Origin: an uncultured Candidatus Binatia bacterium
GTDB lineage: Bacteria > Desulfobacterota > Binatia > Bin18
Reading direction: 5' to 3'
Assembly: GCA_958296235.1 (NCBI GenBank)
Contig: OY282457.1
Coordinates: 217,377 to 281,376, forward strand
Length of the DNA stretch: 64,000 nt
Shown here: positions 37,813 through 47,742 of the stretch, piece by piece
Numbering within the stretch: position 1 is the stretch's first letter
Layout: the number at the start of each line of letters is the position of its first letter
Notes under the pieces: model-generated
The model's input: only the letters and a program-made list of their open reading frames with translations
Databases searched by the model: none
What the model was told of the DNA's origin: nothing
Program-made: the position numbers and the translations under genes

Positions 37813-40080
37813 GTGAGGCCGACATCCACGCCAGTAGTCAAAGATCTGGTCCTGATTGGCGGTGGCCACAGTCATGTCGCGGTGCTGAAACGCTTTGGGA
37901 TGCAGCCGTTGCCGGGCGCGCGCATGACGCTGATCTGTCGCGATATCCATGCGCCGTATTCCGGTATGTTGCCCGGCTATATTGCTGGACATTATACCTT
38001 TGATCAGGCTCACATCGATCTTGGACCGCTGTCCCGGTTTGCCGGGGCGCGATTTTTTCACGATGAAGTGATCGGCCTGGACCTGGCGAACAAGCAGGTT
38101 GTGTGTCGCGCCCGGCCGCCCGTGGCCTATGATGTACTGTCCATTAATATCGGGGCGACGCCTGCTATTGGGCATATCTCCGGCGCTGCGCACACCGGTG
38201 TGGCCGTCAAGCCCATAGACGGTTTTTGGCGGCAGTGGGAAAAGCTCCGTGAGCGCTGTCTGGCTCGCACCGAACGCACGACTATCGGTGTCATCGGCGG
38301 CGGAGCCGGGAGTGTGGAACTCTTGCTGGCCGTCCAATATCGCCTCAAATGCCTGCTCGCCCAGCAAAAACGGTCAGCCGACCACCTCGTTTTTTCCCTC
38401 ATCAGTGCGGCGTCTGAGATTCTGCCAACCCACAACCCGCGTGTCCGCGCCGCGTTTCAGCGCATTCTCAGGCAGCGTGGAGTTGAGGTCCGAACGGATT
38501 GTCTTGTCACCGGCGCTACCGAGGGCTCCATTCGTTTTGCCGATGACACCCAACTTGCTCTGGATGAGCTTCTGTGGGTCACTACGGCCGGTGCCGCGGA
38601 CTGGCCAGGAGCGTCCGGGCTGGCCACAGACGAGCAGGGTTTTATCGCGGTGGAGGATACGCTCCAGTCCGTTTCCCATCCTGAGGTCTTTGCCGCCGGA
38701 GATATCGCCGCGGTCGTCAACCATCCCCGCCCAAAATCGGGCGTGTTCGCCGTGCGGCAAGGCCCGCCGTTGGCGAAGAATCTGCGCCGCTCCCTGCGCG
38801 GCCAAGCGGTCAAAGCCTTTGTGCCGCAAAAGCAGTTTCTGAGCCTGATCTCTACCGGAGACCGCTATGCCGTAGCCTCACGTTCGCGCTGGGCGGGTGA
38901 AGGCAAGTGGGTCTGGAGGTGGAAAGACTGGATCGATCGGCGTTTTATCCGCAAATACAATGAGCTGCCGGATATGCCCGAAGAGGAGCCGGCTCAGGTA
39001 GAGCAGGGTCTGGCTGACACGCGCGTCCTCAAAGAGATTTCCGCTTTTGCCATGCGGTGTGGGGGGTGTGGCTCCAAGATCGGCAGTACCGTCCTGAACC
39101 GGGCCCTGGCGCGTCTTGAGCCGGTTGACCGTTCCGACGTTATCGTTGGCTTGCACGCGCCGGACGATGCGGCTGTGGTCACTGTTCCGCCCGGAAAAGC
39201 GGTGGTGCAGACGGTTGATTTTTTTCGAGCCTTTATTGAAGACCCGTTTGTCTTTGGCCAAATCGCGGCCACCCATGCCCTGGGTGACATATTTGCTATG
39301 GGCGCCGAGCCACAGACTGCTCTGGCTATGGTCACCATTCCGTACGGGTTGGAAGACAAGGTACAGGACCAGCTTACCCAGCTCATGGCTGGAGCCTTGG
39401 AGGTCCTCAACCGTGAACACACCGCTCTTGTTGGCGGGCATACCAGCGAGGGCGGCGAACTGGCGCTGGGATTTGCCATCAACGGCCTGGCAAACCAGGA
39501 GGCGGTGCTGAAAAAAAGTGGCCTGCAGCCGGGACAGGCGTTGATTCTGACCAAGGCGCTGGGAACCGGCGCGCTGTTTGCCGCGGACATGCGCCACAAA
39601 GCCAGGGGGCGCTGGGTCGAAGCCGCGCTGGCCTCCATGCGACAGTCAAATCGGGCCGGAGCGGACTGTCTGCGCCAGCACGGTGCAACCGCCATGACCG
39701 ACGTGACCGGATTCGGTTTGCTGGGACATCTGGTCGAAATGGTCCGCGCCTCCGCGGTTGACGTGACCCTCAATATGGAACGGCTGCCGCTTCTGCCCGG
39801 CGCGCTGGAGGTCGTTCAGCAGGGCATTTTTTCGTCCCTGCAACCGCAGAATATTCGGCTGCGGCGGGCCATTCGTGAGGTGGAGCGGGCGGCCCGGCAC
39901 CCGCGCTATGCCCTGCTGTTCGACCCGCAGACCGCCGGCGGGCTGCTGGCCAGCGTCCCTGCCGGGCAGGCCCAGGCGTGTATACGCGAGCTTCAGGCTC
40001 TCGGCTATCAGGATGCGGCCATTATCGGCGCGGTGCAGGAGCAGAGTGATACGCTTGAGCCGATTACGCTGCAAGCATGA
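37813..40080 (+). CDS. selD: Selenide,water dikinase fused to an N-terminal FAD/NAD oxidoreductase domain
   Basis: [15 protein letters not shown] and FAAGD in the N-domain; [29 protein letters not shown] and DPQTAGGLL in SelD. Confidence 0.93.
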   Translation: MRPTSTPVVKDLVLIGGGHSHVAVLKRFGMQPLPGARMTLICRDIHAPYSGMLPGYIAGHYTFDQAHIDLGPLSRFAGARFFHDEVIGLDLANKQVVCRARPPVAYDVLSINIGATPAIGHISGAAHTGVAVKPIDGFWRQWEKLRERCLARTERTTIGVIGGGAGSVELLLAVQYRLKCLLAQQKRSADHLVFSLISAASEILPTHNPRVRAAFQRILRQRGVEVRTDCLVTGATEGSIRFADDTQLALDELLWVTTAGAADWPGASGLATDEQGFIAVEDTLQSVSHPEVFAAGDIAAVVNHPRPKSGVFAVRQGPPLAKNLRRSLRGQAVKAFVPQKQFLSLISTGDRYAVASRSRWAGEGKWVWRWKDWIDRRFIRKYNELPDMPEEEPAQVEQGLADTRVLKEISAFAMRCGGCGSKIGSTVLNRALARLEPVDRSDVIVGLHAPDDAAVVTVPPGKAVVQTVDFFRAFIEDPFVFGQIAATHALGDIFAMGAEPQTALAMVTIPYGLEDKVQDQLTQLMAGALEVLNREHTALVGGHTSEGGELALGFAINGLANQEAVLKKSGLQPGQALILTKALGTGALFAADMRHKARGRWVEAALASMRQSNRAGADCLRQHGATAMTDVTGFGLLGHLVEMVRASAVDVTLNMERLPLLPGALEVVQQGIFSSLQPQNIRLRRAIREVERAARHPRYALLFDPQTAGGLLASVPAGQAQACIRELQALGYQDAAIIGAVQEQSDTLEPITLQA

Positions 40081-40085
40081 CCGCC

Positions 40086-40625
40086 TTACGCATAGGCCCT
40101 GAGAAAAAAGAAGACGAGCACGCCGGTGACCGAGACGTAGAGCCAGATCGGGAAGGTAAAGCGCGCTATCTTTTTGTGTGGCCCAAACTGTCCGCGGGCT
40201 GCATAGTACAAGGTCGTAAAGACCAGGGGCAGGGCGACAATGGAGAGAACGATGTGGCTGATTAAGATGAAAAAATACAGTAGCCGAATCGGCCCCTGGC
40301 CGGGAAAGGCGGTATCGCCATGAAAATGGTGATACACGATATAACTCACCAGAAAGAGGACTGAGAACCCAAGCGCGGCCAGCATGCAGCGCATATGTCG
40401 TTCCCGGTTGCCGCGTTTGATATTGACAAACCCCGCAGTCAAACAGCACGCGCACAGAGCGTTAAAGCACGAGTTGGCCGCTGGGAGATACGTCACCCAG
40501 TCTCCCTCTGCCGTGGCCGCCGGCTTATAGTAGATCAACCAGATCAAAAATCCGCTCACAAGCAAGCCGAGCAGAAAAAACCAGGACAATGGATTGCGTG
40601 TTATGGCCTGGGTGGGCATGGGCAT
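40086..40625 (-). CDS. DUF420 membrane protein
   Basis: LPAANSCFN, H..CM, FLVSY, LISHIVL and HKKIARFTFPIWLYVSVTG motifs. Confidence 0.88.
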   Translation of the reverse strand: MPMPTQAITRNPLSWFFLLGLLVSGFLIWLIYYKPAATAEGDWVTYLPAANSCFNALCACCLTAGFVNIKRGNRERHMRCMLAALGFSVLFLVSYIVYHHFHGDTAFPGQGPIRLLYFFILISHIVLSIVALPLVFTTLYYAARGQFGPHKKIARFTFPIWLYVSVTGVLVFFFLRAYA

Positions 40626-40738
40626 GAAGCTAACGGCAGGCCAGGCGAAGATCAAGCCTCGGCCTGGCCTGCGTGTCGCGCTTGACGCGGTATTCCTGTA
40701 GAATGCCGCTTGGTCAGAACGAAGACAAGGAGGATAGT

Positions 40739-41521
40739 ATGAAGTTTGTGAGCCTGGAAGAAGCCAAGCAGGCGTCGGGTCTGCGCCTGACGTTTGTAGC
40801 CAATGCGCCGAGTCCGTGGGGGGAAGCCGTCAAAGGCATGCTCAAGACCAAAAATATTCCGTTCACCGCAACGCTCTACAATTCAGGTGATCCGGCGAAC
40901 AAAGCCCTGGTGGAGTGGACGGGTGAAGATAGCGCCCCGTCCGCCATGTATGAAGACGAAGCGTCCCGGTCGGGGTGGGCGGAAATCCTGCTCCTGCTTG
41001 AACGCCTCCAACCCGCACCGAGTCTCATTCCGACTGACCCCGAACAGCGGGCGCTCATGTTTGGCCTCTCGCATGAAATCTGTGGTGAGATGGGCCTGGG
41101 CTGGTCGGTCCGGTTGCTGATGGCTGATTTCGCGCTTGACCCGCATGTGGACTATCCCATTCCGCCAGAGATGGGCCAGTATTTGGGAGCGAAGTATGGC
41201 TATCGCCCCGGGATAGGGCCGGAAGCAACCAGACGGGTAACGGATGTTCTTACGATGTTGTCCACCCGCCTCAAAGATCAACAGGCACAGGGCAATCGAT
41301 TCCTGATGGGTGAAAACGTTACGGCGCTCGATTTCTATTGGGCCACGTTTTGCGCCCTGATGAAACCGCTGCCGCCTGAGCAGTGTAAAATTATGGATGT
41401 CTTACGCGCCGCCTTCGAGTTCCCAAATCCAGCTATTGAACAGGCCCTTGATCCAGCCCTGATTGAACACCGGGACTTTATGTATGACGAGTATCTCGGG
41501 CTGCCGATGGTGCTTGCGTAG
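40739..41521 (+). CDS. Glutathione S-transferase-like protein
   Basis: PSPWGEAVK N-terminal motif, PSLIPTDP, FLMGENVTALDFYWA C-domain motif. Confidence 0.7.
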   Translation: MKFVSLEEAKQASGLRLTFVANAPSPWGEAVKGMLKTKNIPFTATLYNSGDPANKALVEWTGEDSAPSAMYEDEASRSGWAEILLLLERLQPAPSLIPTDPEQRALMFGLSHEICGEMGLGWSVRLLMADFALDPHVDYPIPPEMGQYLGAKYGYRPGIGPEATRRVTDVLTMLSTRLKDQQAQGNRFLMGENVTALDFYWATFCALMKPLPPEQCKIMDVLRAAFEFPNPAIEQALDPALIEHRDFMYDEYLGLPMVLA

Positions 41522-41572
41522 CGCTGCCGGGAGACGCCTGAGTCTCCCGACTCATTTTCATGCCCCGAGCGT
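41507..41572 (+). repeat. 66-bp direct repeat, copy 1 (GST 3' end plus hairpin)
   Basis: Identical to 42028-42093; contains the CGGGAGAC-N6-GTCTCCCG hairpin. Confidence 0.9.
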
Positions 41573-41614
41573 TATAATATGCCGTTCAGGCGTTGAGCGC
41601 AGGAGAAACCCGCT

Positions 41615-42022
41615 ATGGAACCGCAAACCGTAGAGCTGGGAGAAAAGACCCTCTATGCCTTGGCCGCTATCGCCAATCCCGGCATGATGCCTGGTGACTG
41701 GATAGCGCTCGGGGTGGGGCTGTCCCAATGCGCCTTGATTGCCTGGGGGATTCACAGAATGAGCATGGGAAATGAGGCAAGAGAGGCGCAAACGGAACTG
41801 TTGAGAGAACAAACCCGTGCCTTGAGAGAACAGTCAAACGTGTTGGCTGGTGTTGGTGAGGGGATAAGAGAACAGTCAAAAATGTTGGCTGGTGTTGGTG
41901 AGGGGATAAGAGAACAGTCAAAAATGTTGGCTGGTGTTGGTGAGGGGATAAGAGAACAGTCAAAAATGTTGGCCGGTGTTGGTGAGGGGATTCAGGTTTT
42001 ACTCGCTGACAGGAAGAACTAG
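41615..42022 (+). CDS. Small membrane-anchored protein with 14-aa tandem repeats
   Basis: TM segment followed by (REQSKMLAGVGEGI) x4; RBS AGGAG. Confidence 0.7.
   Translation: MEPQTVELGEKTLYALAAIANPGMMPGDWIALGVGLSQCALIAWGIHRMSMGNEAREAQTELLREQTRALREQSNVLAGVGEGIREQSKMLAGVGEGIREQSKMLAGVGEGIREQSKMLAGVGEGIQVLLADRKN
41825..41992 (+). repeat. 42-bp in-frame tandem repeat x4
   Basis: AGAGAACAGTCAAAAATGTTGGCTGGTGTTGGTGAGGGGATA units start at 41825, 41867, 41909 and 41951. Confidence 0.95.
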
Positions 42023-42027
42023 ACTAC

Positions 42028-42093
42028 ATGGTGCTTGCGTAGCGCTGCCGGGAGACGCCTGAGTCTCCCGACTCATTTTCATGCCCCGAGCGT
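42028..42093 (+). repeat. 66-bp direct repeat, copy 2
   Basis: Identical to 41507-41572. Confidence 0.9.
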
Positions 42094-42196
42094 GATGCTA
42101 CCCTGCGAACGCAGGCGAAACGCTTATGAACATGAAACTCACGCCACAAAGCAGGCTATTTACAAACAGAGGGGAAGCGTATGATTTAAGGAGGCC

Positions 42197-42430
42197 GTGA
42201 TGAACACCCTACAAGCTGCTCACGACCTGGAGAACGCGGGATTCCCCACAGAACAAGCCGAAGCGCTGACGAATGTACTCCATGAGGCCCTACAGTCGGA
42301 TGTGGCGACAAAGGCCGATTTGAACGAGCTTGAGGCAAAAATTCTCAAGCTCATGGTTGGTCAAACCCTGACTATTGTGGCGTTGGTCTTTGCCCTACTC
42401 AAGTTCATGTTGCCCCAGGCCACTCCGTAA
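42197..42430 (+). CDS. Small DUF1640/CCDC90-like coiled-coil membrane protein
   Basis: LENAGFPTEQAEAL...VATKADL motif plus C-terminal TM; RBS AAGGAGG. Confidence 0.75.
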   Translation: MMNTLQAAHDLENAGFPTEQAEALTNVLHEALQSDVATKADLNELEAKILKLMVGQTLTIVALVFALLKFMLPQATP

Positions 42431-42468
42431 AAATTGTGGCCCTAGCAGCACGGTCCCGCTTCATTTTC

Positions 42469-42957
42469 ATGCCCATCCCCGAACGGTATAACCGTGGTTA
42501 CAATCTTGGCGTTGGTGGTGCGGTCGTGCGTGACAACCGTCTCCTGCTCGTGCGCCGGGCCTCACGACGGGGCAGGGGGAACTGGCAGGTGCCGGGGGGC
42601 TTTGTCGAGCCGGACGAAACCATTGAGCAGGCCGTTGTGCGTGAGGTCCGGGAGGAAGCGGGCGTGACCGGAGAGGTGCAGGGCGTCATTGGTCTGCGCA
42701 ATCGGTGTGATCCCGACATTGGCAACAGTCTGTATATCGTCCTGCTGATGACACCGCTGAGGGGTGAACCTACACCTGACATGGAAGAGGTTGACCGCGC
42801 CGAGTATCTGACCCTGGAGCAGATTGAGCGATTGGAGCAGGCGCCGGCCATCAACCGGGAAATCGCCAGCCGGGCGCTCTCCCAGGAAAAACGTCTGCTG
42901 GAGCCGCAAGAACTCATCCATCTGAACGGCAAACCCTACACCCTCTTTGTTGGATAG
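42469..42957 (+). CDS. NUDIX hydrolase
   Basis: Nudix box GFVEPDETIEQAVVREVREEAGV. Confidence 0.92.
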   Translation: MPIPERYNRGYNLGVGGAVVRDNRLLLVRRASRRGRGNWQVPGGFVEPDETIEQAVVREVREEAGVTGEVQGVIGLRNRCDPDIGNSLYIVLLMTPLRGEPTPDMEEVDRAEYLTLEQIERLEQAPAINREIASRALSQEKRLLEPQELIHLNGKPYTLFVG

Positions 42958-43070
42958 TGAGAATGTGCCATCTCTTTTTCATGAAAATTGCTGGGTATAG
43001 TCAAAAACAAATATTCCAGGCTATAGAACTGCCTATCTTGTGCTAACCCTGGTCACAAAAGAGGAAATCT

Positions 43071-43889
43071 GTGGACATGACTCCGCAACAAGAAACGCTT
43101 GAGTTGCGTGGAGATGGCGCGGCGCGGGCCACTATTCAATTTTGCTACCATCAGGCTGGCCAGGGCCTGCCGCTGGTATGGCTCCACTGGTTGTGGGGCG
43201 AGCCGGGCTGGATGGACTACCACCAGCGGTTAGCCGAACGTTTCCAGGTATTTGTGCCTGACCTGCCGGGCTATGGACAATCCGCATTGCCGGAGTGGGC
43301 AAAGACACCGCATGACTTAGCAGTGTTGCTGCTGCAATTCTTTGATGCGCTGTCACTCAAACAGCCGATTGTCGTCGGCTCATGCCTGGGTGGATGGGTA
43401 GGGGCTGAGCTCGCTCTGCTCAGACCGGAGCGGATTGCCAAGCTGGTCTTGATTGGCCCGCTCGGCTTAGTAAAGGACTGGACCAAGGTCCCTAATCTCT
43501 TCTATACGGACCCGGCGCGCTTGCCGCGGTATCTTTTTACGGACGCAGTGCCGGAGCGGACCTCACTGTATGTTCCTGACCTGAGTAACTGGACCGACGC
43601 ATTTATCAACAACCGAAACGCGAGCATCCGACTGGTGTTTGACCCTTACCTGCACAGTCGCAGCCTGCGCCATTACTTACATCTTTTGACCACCCCAACG
43701 CTTGTCATTTGGGGCGAGCAAGACCCCCTCCTGGCCCCGGCGCACGCCGCGTTGTGGACTGTAGCGTTACCGCGCGCTCACAGCGTGATAATTCCGCGGG
43801 CCGGACATCTGCCATATGTGGAAGAGTGCGAGGCTGTTATCCAGGCGATTAACGCCTTCATTCCGCCACAGGAGAGGGGAGGAGCATGA
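43071..43889 (+). CDS. Alpha/beta fold hydrolase
   Basis: DLPGYGQS, GSCLGG (Cys at the nucleophile elbow), WGEQD and AGHLP motifs. Confidence 0.88.
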   Translation: MDMTPQQETLELRGDGAARATIQFCYHQAGQGLPLVWLHWLWGEPGWMDYHQRLAERFQVFVPDLPGYGQSALPEWAKTPHDLAVLLLQFFDALSLKQPIVVGSCLGGWVGAELALLRPERIAKLVLIGPLGLVKDWTKVPNLFYTDPARLPRYLFTDAVPERTSLYVPDLSNWTDAFINNRNASIRLVFDPYLHSRSLRHYLHLLTTPTLVIWGEQDPLLAPAHAALWTVALPRAHSVIIPRAGHLPYVEECEAVIQAINAFIPPQERGGA

Positions 43890-45043
43890 GAGTCTTTAAT
43901 ATGGCGCTGTTTGGCTGGCCACACCTGCCTGACGACGCTCCTGTTGGTACGCCTGGATCATATCCCCTTTCGAACAGGTATTTTGATCCTGTTCGGGGAA
44001 ACGCATTACTGCAACAAGAGTTGGACCGGATCACGCTCAGTGATGAGCTTGGGTTGGATGGTTTCACCTGTCAGGAGCATCATGGCGGTGGCGGATTTTG
44101 TGCCATGGTGCCCTCGACCCACCTCATGGCGGCAGCTGTCTCACAACGCACGAAACATCTTCAGGTGGCGGTCACTGGCACGTGCATTCCGTTACACCAC
44201 CCGCTTGCCATTGCGGAAGAGGTCGCCATGCTGGACCACCTCAGCAATGGGCGTTTTATTTGGGGGGCGTTGCGTGGTTTTCCGACTGAATACCTGTCCT
44301 ATAATGTCAATCCAGCGGAATCTCAGGCTCGGTTTCGGGAAGGTTTTTCCTTAGTCCTGAAAGCGCTTTCGAGTGAGGGGCGGTTTGATTTTGATGGTCA
44401 GTTTTACCGTGTCCGGGACTACAATATCTGGCCGAAGCCCTTGCAGCAGCCCTATCCGAAAATCTGGATGGCGGCCAATAGCCTGGACTCGCTCGATTTT
44501 GCGGTCAGGAATCGCACCTATATTGCTACGCCGTGGGTCAGCATTGAGCGGACGCGCTCGGTGCACGAGACGTATTATCGGCTGGCGCAAGAGCAAAGCC
44601 TCACCATCCCCGAGGATTTTGATGATATGTTTGCCTCGATCTGCGCGTTATACGTTGGCGAGAGCGATAAAAAGGCGCGCCAAGAGGCTGAAGCGCATTT
44701 AGAATACCACTTCTTTCGCGCGCTGGCGTCATTTGATATCGGCACTGTCTCGCTTATCCCCGGACATATGAGTGTCAATGGTATGCGTGATTGGCTGAAG
44801 AACGTCACGAGTAAAGAGACGGGCAAGGCCATGGGCTATAGCGTTGATGAGGGAATTGAGAATGGGACGGTCATTTTGGGTGGGCCGGAAAGTGCGGTCG
44901 CTCAAATCAAACGTCAACGCGAAGAGGGCAAACGCGGAACCTTACTGGCTATGTTTCAGTTTGGTTCCCTCCCCGATGCGCTCGCCACGCAGAGTCTGCG
45001 ACTCTTTGCCCAAGAGGTATTGCCCAAGATTCGCGCTATTTGA
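43886..45043 (+). CDS. LLM class flavin-dependent oxidoreductase
   Basis: QEHH, PLAIAEEVAMLD, PKPLQQPYP and LRLFAQEVLP motifs. Confidence 0.9.
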   Translation: MRVFNMALFGWPHLPDDAPVGTPGSYPLSNRYFDPVRGNALLQQELDRITLSDELGLDGFTCQEHHGGGGFCAMVPSTHLMAAAVSQRTKHLQVAVTGTCIPLHHPLAIAEEVAMLDHLSNGRFIWGALRGFPTEYLSYNVNPAESQARFREGFSLVLKALSSEGRFDFDGQFYRVRDYNIWPKPLQQPYPKIWMAANSLDSLDFAVRNRTYIATPWVSIERTRSVHETYYRLAQEQSLTIPEDFDDMFASICALYVGESDKKARQEAEAHLEYHFFRALASFDIGTVSLIPGHMSVNGMRDWLKNVTSKETGKAMGYSVDEGIENGTVILGGPESAVAQIKRQREEGKRGTLLAMFQFGSLPDALATQSLRLFAQEVLPKIRAI

Positions 45044-45093
45044 GGAGGCGACCGCCCTGGACGGATAGGCGGCCGGGCCTCTATCGTGGCAGC

Positions 45094-46371
45094 ATGTCAG
45101 GCAGGGACGGAGGACGGAGCGAGGGGTCGTCCGCGTTTTTCTACGGCTGGTGGGTCGTTATGGCATGCTTTGTCAGCATGGCGATGGCGGGTAGTATTGG
45201 TAATCTGTCCTTTCCCGTCTTTCTCAAGCCGTTGACCGCAGAGTTCGGCTGGACCCGGGCTCAGGTATCAGGCGGGATTTCGGCCTTTATGTTGGCCATT
45301 GCGCTCACCGCCCCCTTTGTCGGGCGGGCGGTGGGTCTGTACGGGCCGCGGGCGGTGATGATTCCGGCGGCCGTCTTGATGGGCCTGTGCCTGATGCTGC
45401 TGTCACAGCTGACGGCTTTGTGGCAACTCTATGTGCTGCGTCTTGGGGTGGGGGTCGGGTTTACGGCCCTGGCCCATGTGCCGGTCAATATCACCATTTC
45501 GCGCTGGTTTGCGCGCAAGCGCGGTCGGGCTATGGGCACGGCCATGATCGGCGCTCCCGTGGGCGGACTGCTGATGACGCCCTTTGCCTCGTCTTGTGTC
45601 GAGTGGGTCGGCTGGCGTCCAACCCTGTTGATCCTGGGCGGGCTGCTGTGGCTTATCCTGGTTCCGGTGTTGTGGGGACTGCTGCGAGATACGCCCGCGG
45701 ACCTGGGTCTGCTGCCGGACGGCGAGACGAGACGCGCCACAGACGACGCGCCGGTCGGCGTTGAAGGAGGGGCGGGGATATCTGCCCGCGATACGGTCCG
45801 GACCGGCCGTTTCTGGGCGCTCATCGGTATCTATTTTCTGGCCTATGCTTGTCTCTTTTCCGTTATGGTTCACCAGTATCCCTATTTTACGGATCAAGGC
45901 TTTTCCGCTCAGCAGGCGGCCCTGCTGGTGAGTGTGCTGCTCAGCGCGTCCGTGCTCAGCGGACTGGGTTTTGGCTGGGCGAGTGAGCGCTATGATCCGC
46001 TGCAACTGGCGGCGACCTGTTATGCCCTGGGCGGCATTGGCATAGCCCTGCTCTTATGGGCTCCCCCCAGGCTTGCCGTAACCGGCTTTGTTGCGTGTTT
46101 TGGCTTCTTCTTTGGCGGCACCACTCCGCTGACCGCGCTCGTGACTGGGCGCATGTTCGGTATGAAAGCGCATGGTGTGATTTACGGCTTCTATCAGACC
46201 GTTATCTGTTTGAGCGGCTTTGTTGGTCCAACCGTGATGGGCTTTATTTACGATACGACCGGAAGCTATCAACTCGGGTTTAGCGGTATTGGTATCGGTC
46301 TGCTGTGCGCTGCAGCGCTGATGTTGGTCGTGCGGGCGAGAACCATGCTTCTTCCCTTATCTGGAGTCTGA
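45094..46371 (+). CDS. MFS transporter
   Basis: 12 TM segments; FYGW, EFGWTR, WFARKRGRAMG and YDTTGSY motifs. Confidence 0.9.
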   Translation: MSGRDGGRSEGSSAFFYGWWVVMACFVSMAMAGSIGNLSFPVFLKPLTAEFGWTRAQVSGGISAFMLAIALTAPFVGRAVGLYGPRAVMIPAAVLMGLCLMLLSQLTALWQLYVLRLGVGVGFTALAHVPVNITISRWFARKRGRAMGTAMIGAPVGGLLMTPFASSCVEWVGWRPTLLILGGLLWLILVPVLWGLLRDTPADLGLLPDGETRRATDDAPVGVEGGAGISARDTVRTGRFWALIGIYFLAYACLFSVMVHQYPYFTDQGFSAQQAALLVSVLLSASVLSGLGFGWASERYDPLQLAATCYALGGIGIALLLWAPPRLAVTGFVACFGFFFGGTTPLTALVTGRMFGMKAHGVIYGFYQTVICLSGFVGPTVMGFIYDTTGSYQLGFSGIGIGLLCAAALMLVVRARTMLLPLSGV

Positions 46372-46492
46372 TTTTCCTCTTGTGGCTCAAATCTCCGACT
46401 GATACAACTTTTTGCACTCTGGACAAGCAGGGCATCCATCTCCAAGTGGATGCCTGCTGTTCGTTCTGAGCCGTCAATGAGGAGGGCCTGTT

Positions 46493-47710
46493 ATGAAATG
46501 CCATTGGTTCCATTTGATGCCGTATCAGGATCTGCCCGAGGACTTTAAGGAAAAACATCCGAGTGTCTGGGTGGATGTTTCAAGTGAATTATTCGATCCC
46601 GCTCGGGGCCATCAATTTTACAATGAATATTTGGATCAACTGGAGTTTGCGGACAGCCTGGGGTTTGACGGTATTTGCGTGAATGAGCACCATGCCAACG
46701 CCTATGGTCTGATGCCGTCCCCCAATCTCATTCTGGCCTCGCTCGCCCGTCGGACTTCCAATTCCTCACTCATTGTGCTGGGCAACTCGATTGCGCTGTA
46801 TAACCCGCCTATTCGCATTGCCGAAGAAATGGCCATGCTGGACTGCATATCGGGGGGCCGTTTCGTGGGCGGCTTTCCAGTTGGGACGTCGATGGACACC
46901 AATTTTGCGTACGGCCAGACCCCCCTGACGCTGCGCGAGAAATACCGGGAGGGGCATGATCTGATTATTAAAGCCTGGACCGAGCCGGAACCGTTTGTCT
47001 TTAACGGAAAATACAATCAACTCCGGTATGTGAACATCTGGCCGCGCCCGATCCAAAAGCCGCATCCGCCGGTGTGGATTCCGGGCGGTGGCAGCGTCGA
47101 AACCTGGGACTGGGTGGCCGAGCATGACTATATGTATGCCTTCCTGAGTTACTTCGGCTACGAACCGGCCACGCAAGTGATGCAGGGCTATTGGGAAGCG
47201 GTAGACCGGGCCGGCCGGGACCGGAACCCCTACCGCGCCGGCTATCTGCAACTCATTGGAGTATCCGAGACGGACGCCCAAGCGGAAAAGGACTATGCCG
47301 AGGCGGCTTCGTATTTCTACCATCGCTGCCTGCACGTGCCCGATCATTGGGCCGCCGCACCAGGTTATCTGACGCTCAAGACCATCAAGTCGCTCAAGTC
47401 GCCCTTCAGTTTCGAGCAGTTGGCCGACCTCAAATGGAAAGATTTTGTTGAGCAGGGCTACGTCGTTGCCGGCTCTCCGGCAACCGTGCGCGACCGGCTG
47501 GTGGAAGTCATTAAGGAAATGAACGTCGGCCAGCTCTTCTCCCTGCTCCACTTCGGCAACCTGAGCGCCGAGCTGACCCGCAAGAACACGGAACTGTACG
47601 CCAAAGAGGTTTTACCCTTTCTGCGCGAGCAGTTGTGGAACGAATGGGAAGACCGTTGGGCGCCGCGCCCACTGAAGGAAGAAGACCGGATGCCGGTCGC
47701 CGCCCTCTGA
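46493..47710 (+). CDS. LLM class flavin-dependent oxidoreductase
   Basis: GFDGICVNEHH, PIRIAEEMAMLD and PRPIQKPHPP motifs. Confidence 0.92.
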   Translation: MKCHWFHLMPYQDLPEDFKEKHPSVWVDVSSELFDPARGHQFYNEYLDQLEFADSLGFDGICVNEHHANAYGLMPSPNLILASLARRTSNSSLIVLGNSIALYNPPIRIAEEMAMLDCISGGRFVGGFPVGTSMDTNFAYGQTPLTLREKYREGHDLIIKAWTEPEPFVFNGKYNQLRYVNIWPRPIQKPHPPVWIPGGGSVETWDWVAEHDYMYAFLSYFGYEPATQVMQGYWEAVDRAGRDRNPYRAGYLQLIGVSETDAQAEKDYAEAASYFYHRCLHVPDHWAAAPGYLTLKTIKSLKSPFSFEQLADLKWKDFVEQGYVVAGSPATVRDRLVEVIKEMNVGQLFSLLHFGNLSAELTRKNTELYAKEVLPFLREQLWNEWEDRWAPRPLKEEDRMPVAAL

Positions 47711-47742
47711 GGCGCTGGACCCCTGAATGGAGAGCGTTTGGA

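Noticed and set aside
41825-41992. Regular repeats resembling a CRISPR array
   Set aside because: The units are contiguous with no unique spacers, in frame within a CDS, and no cas genes are present.
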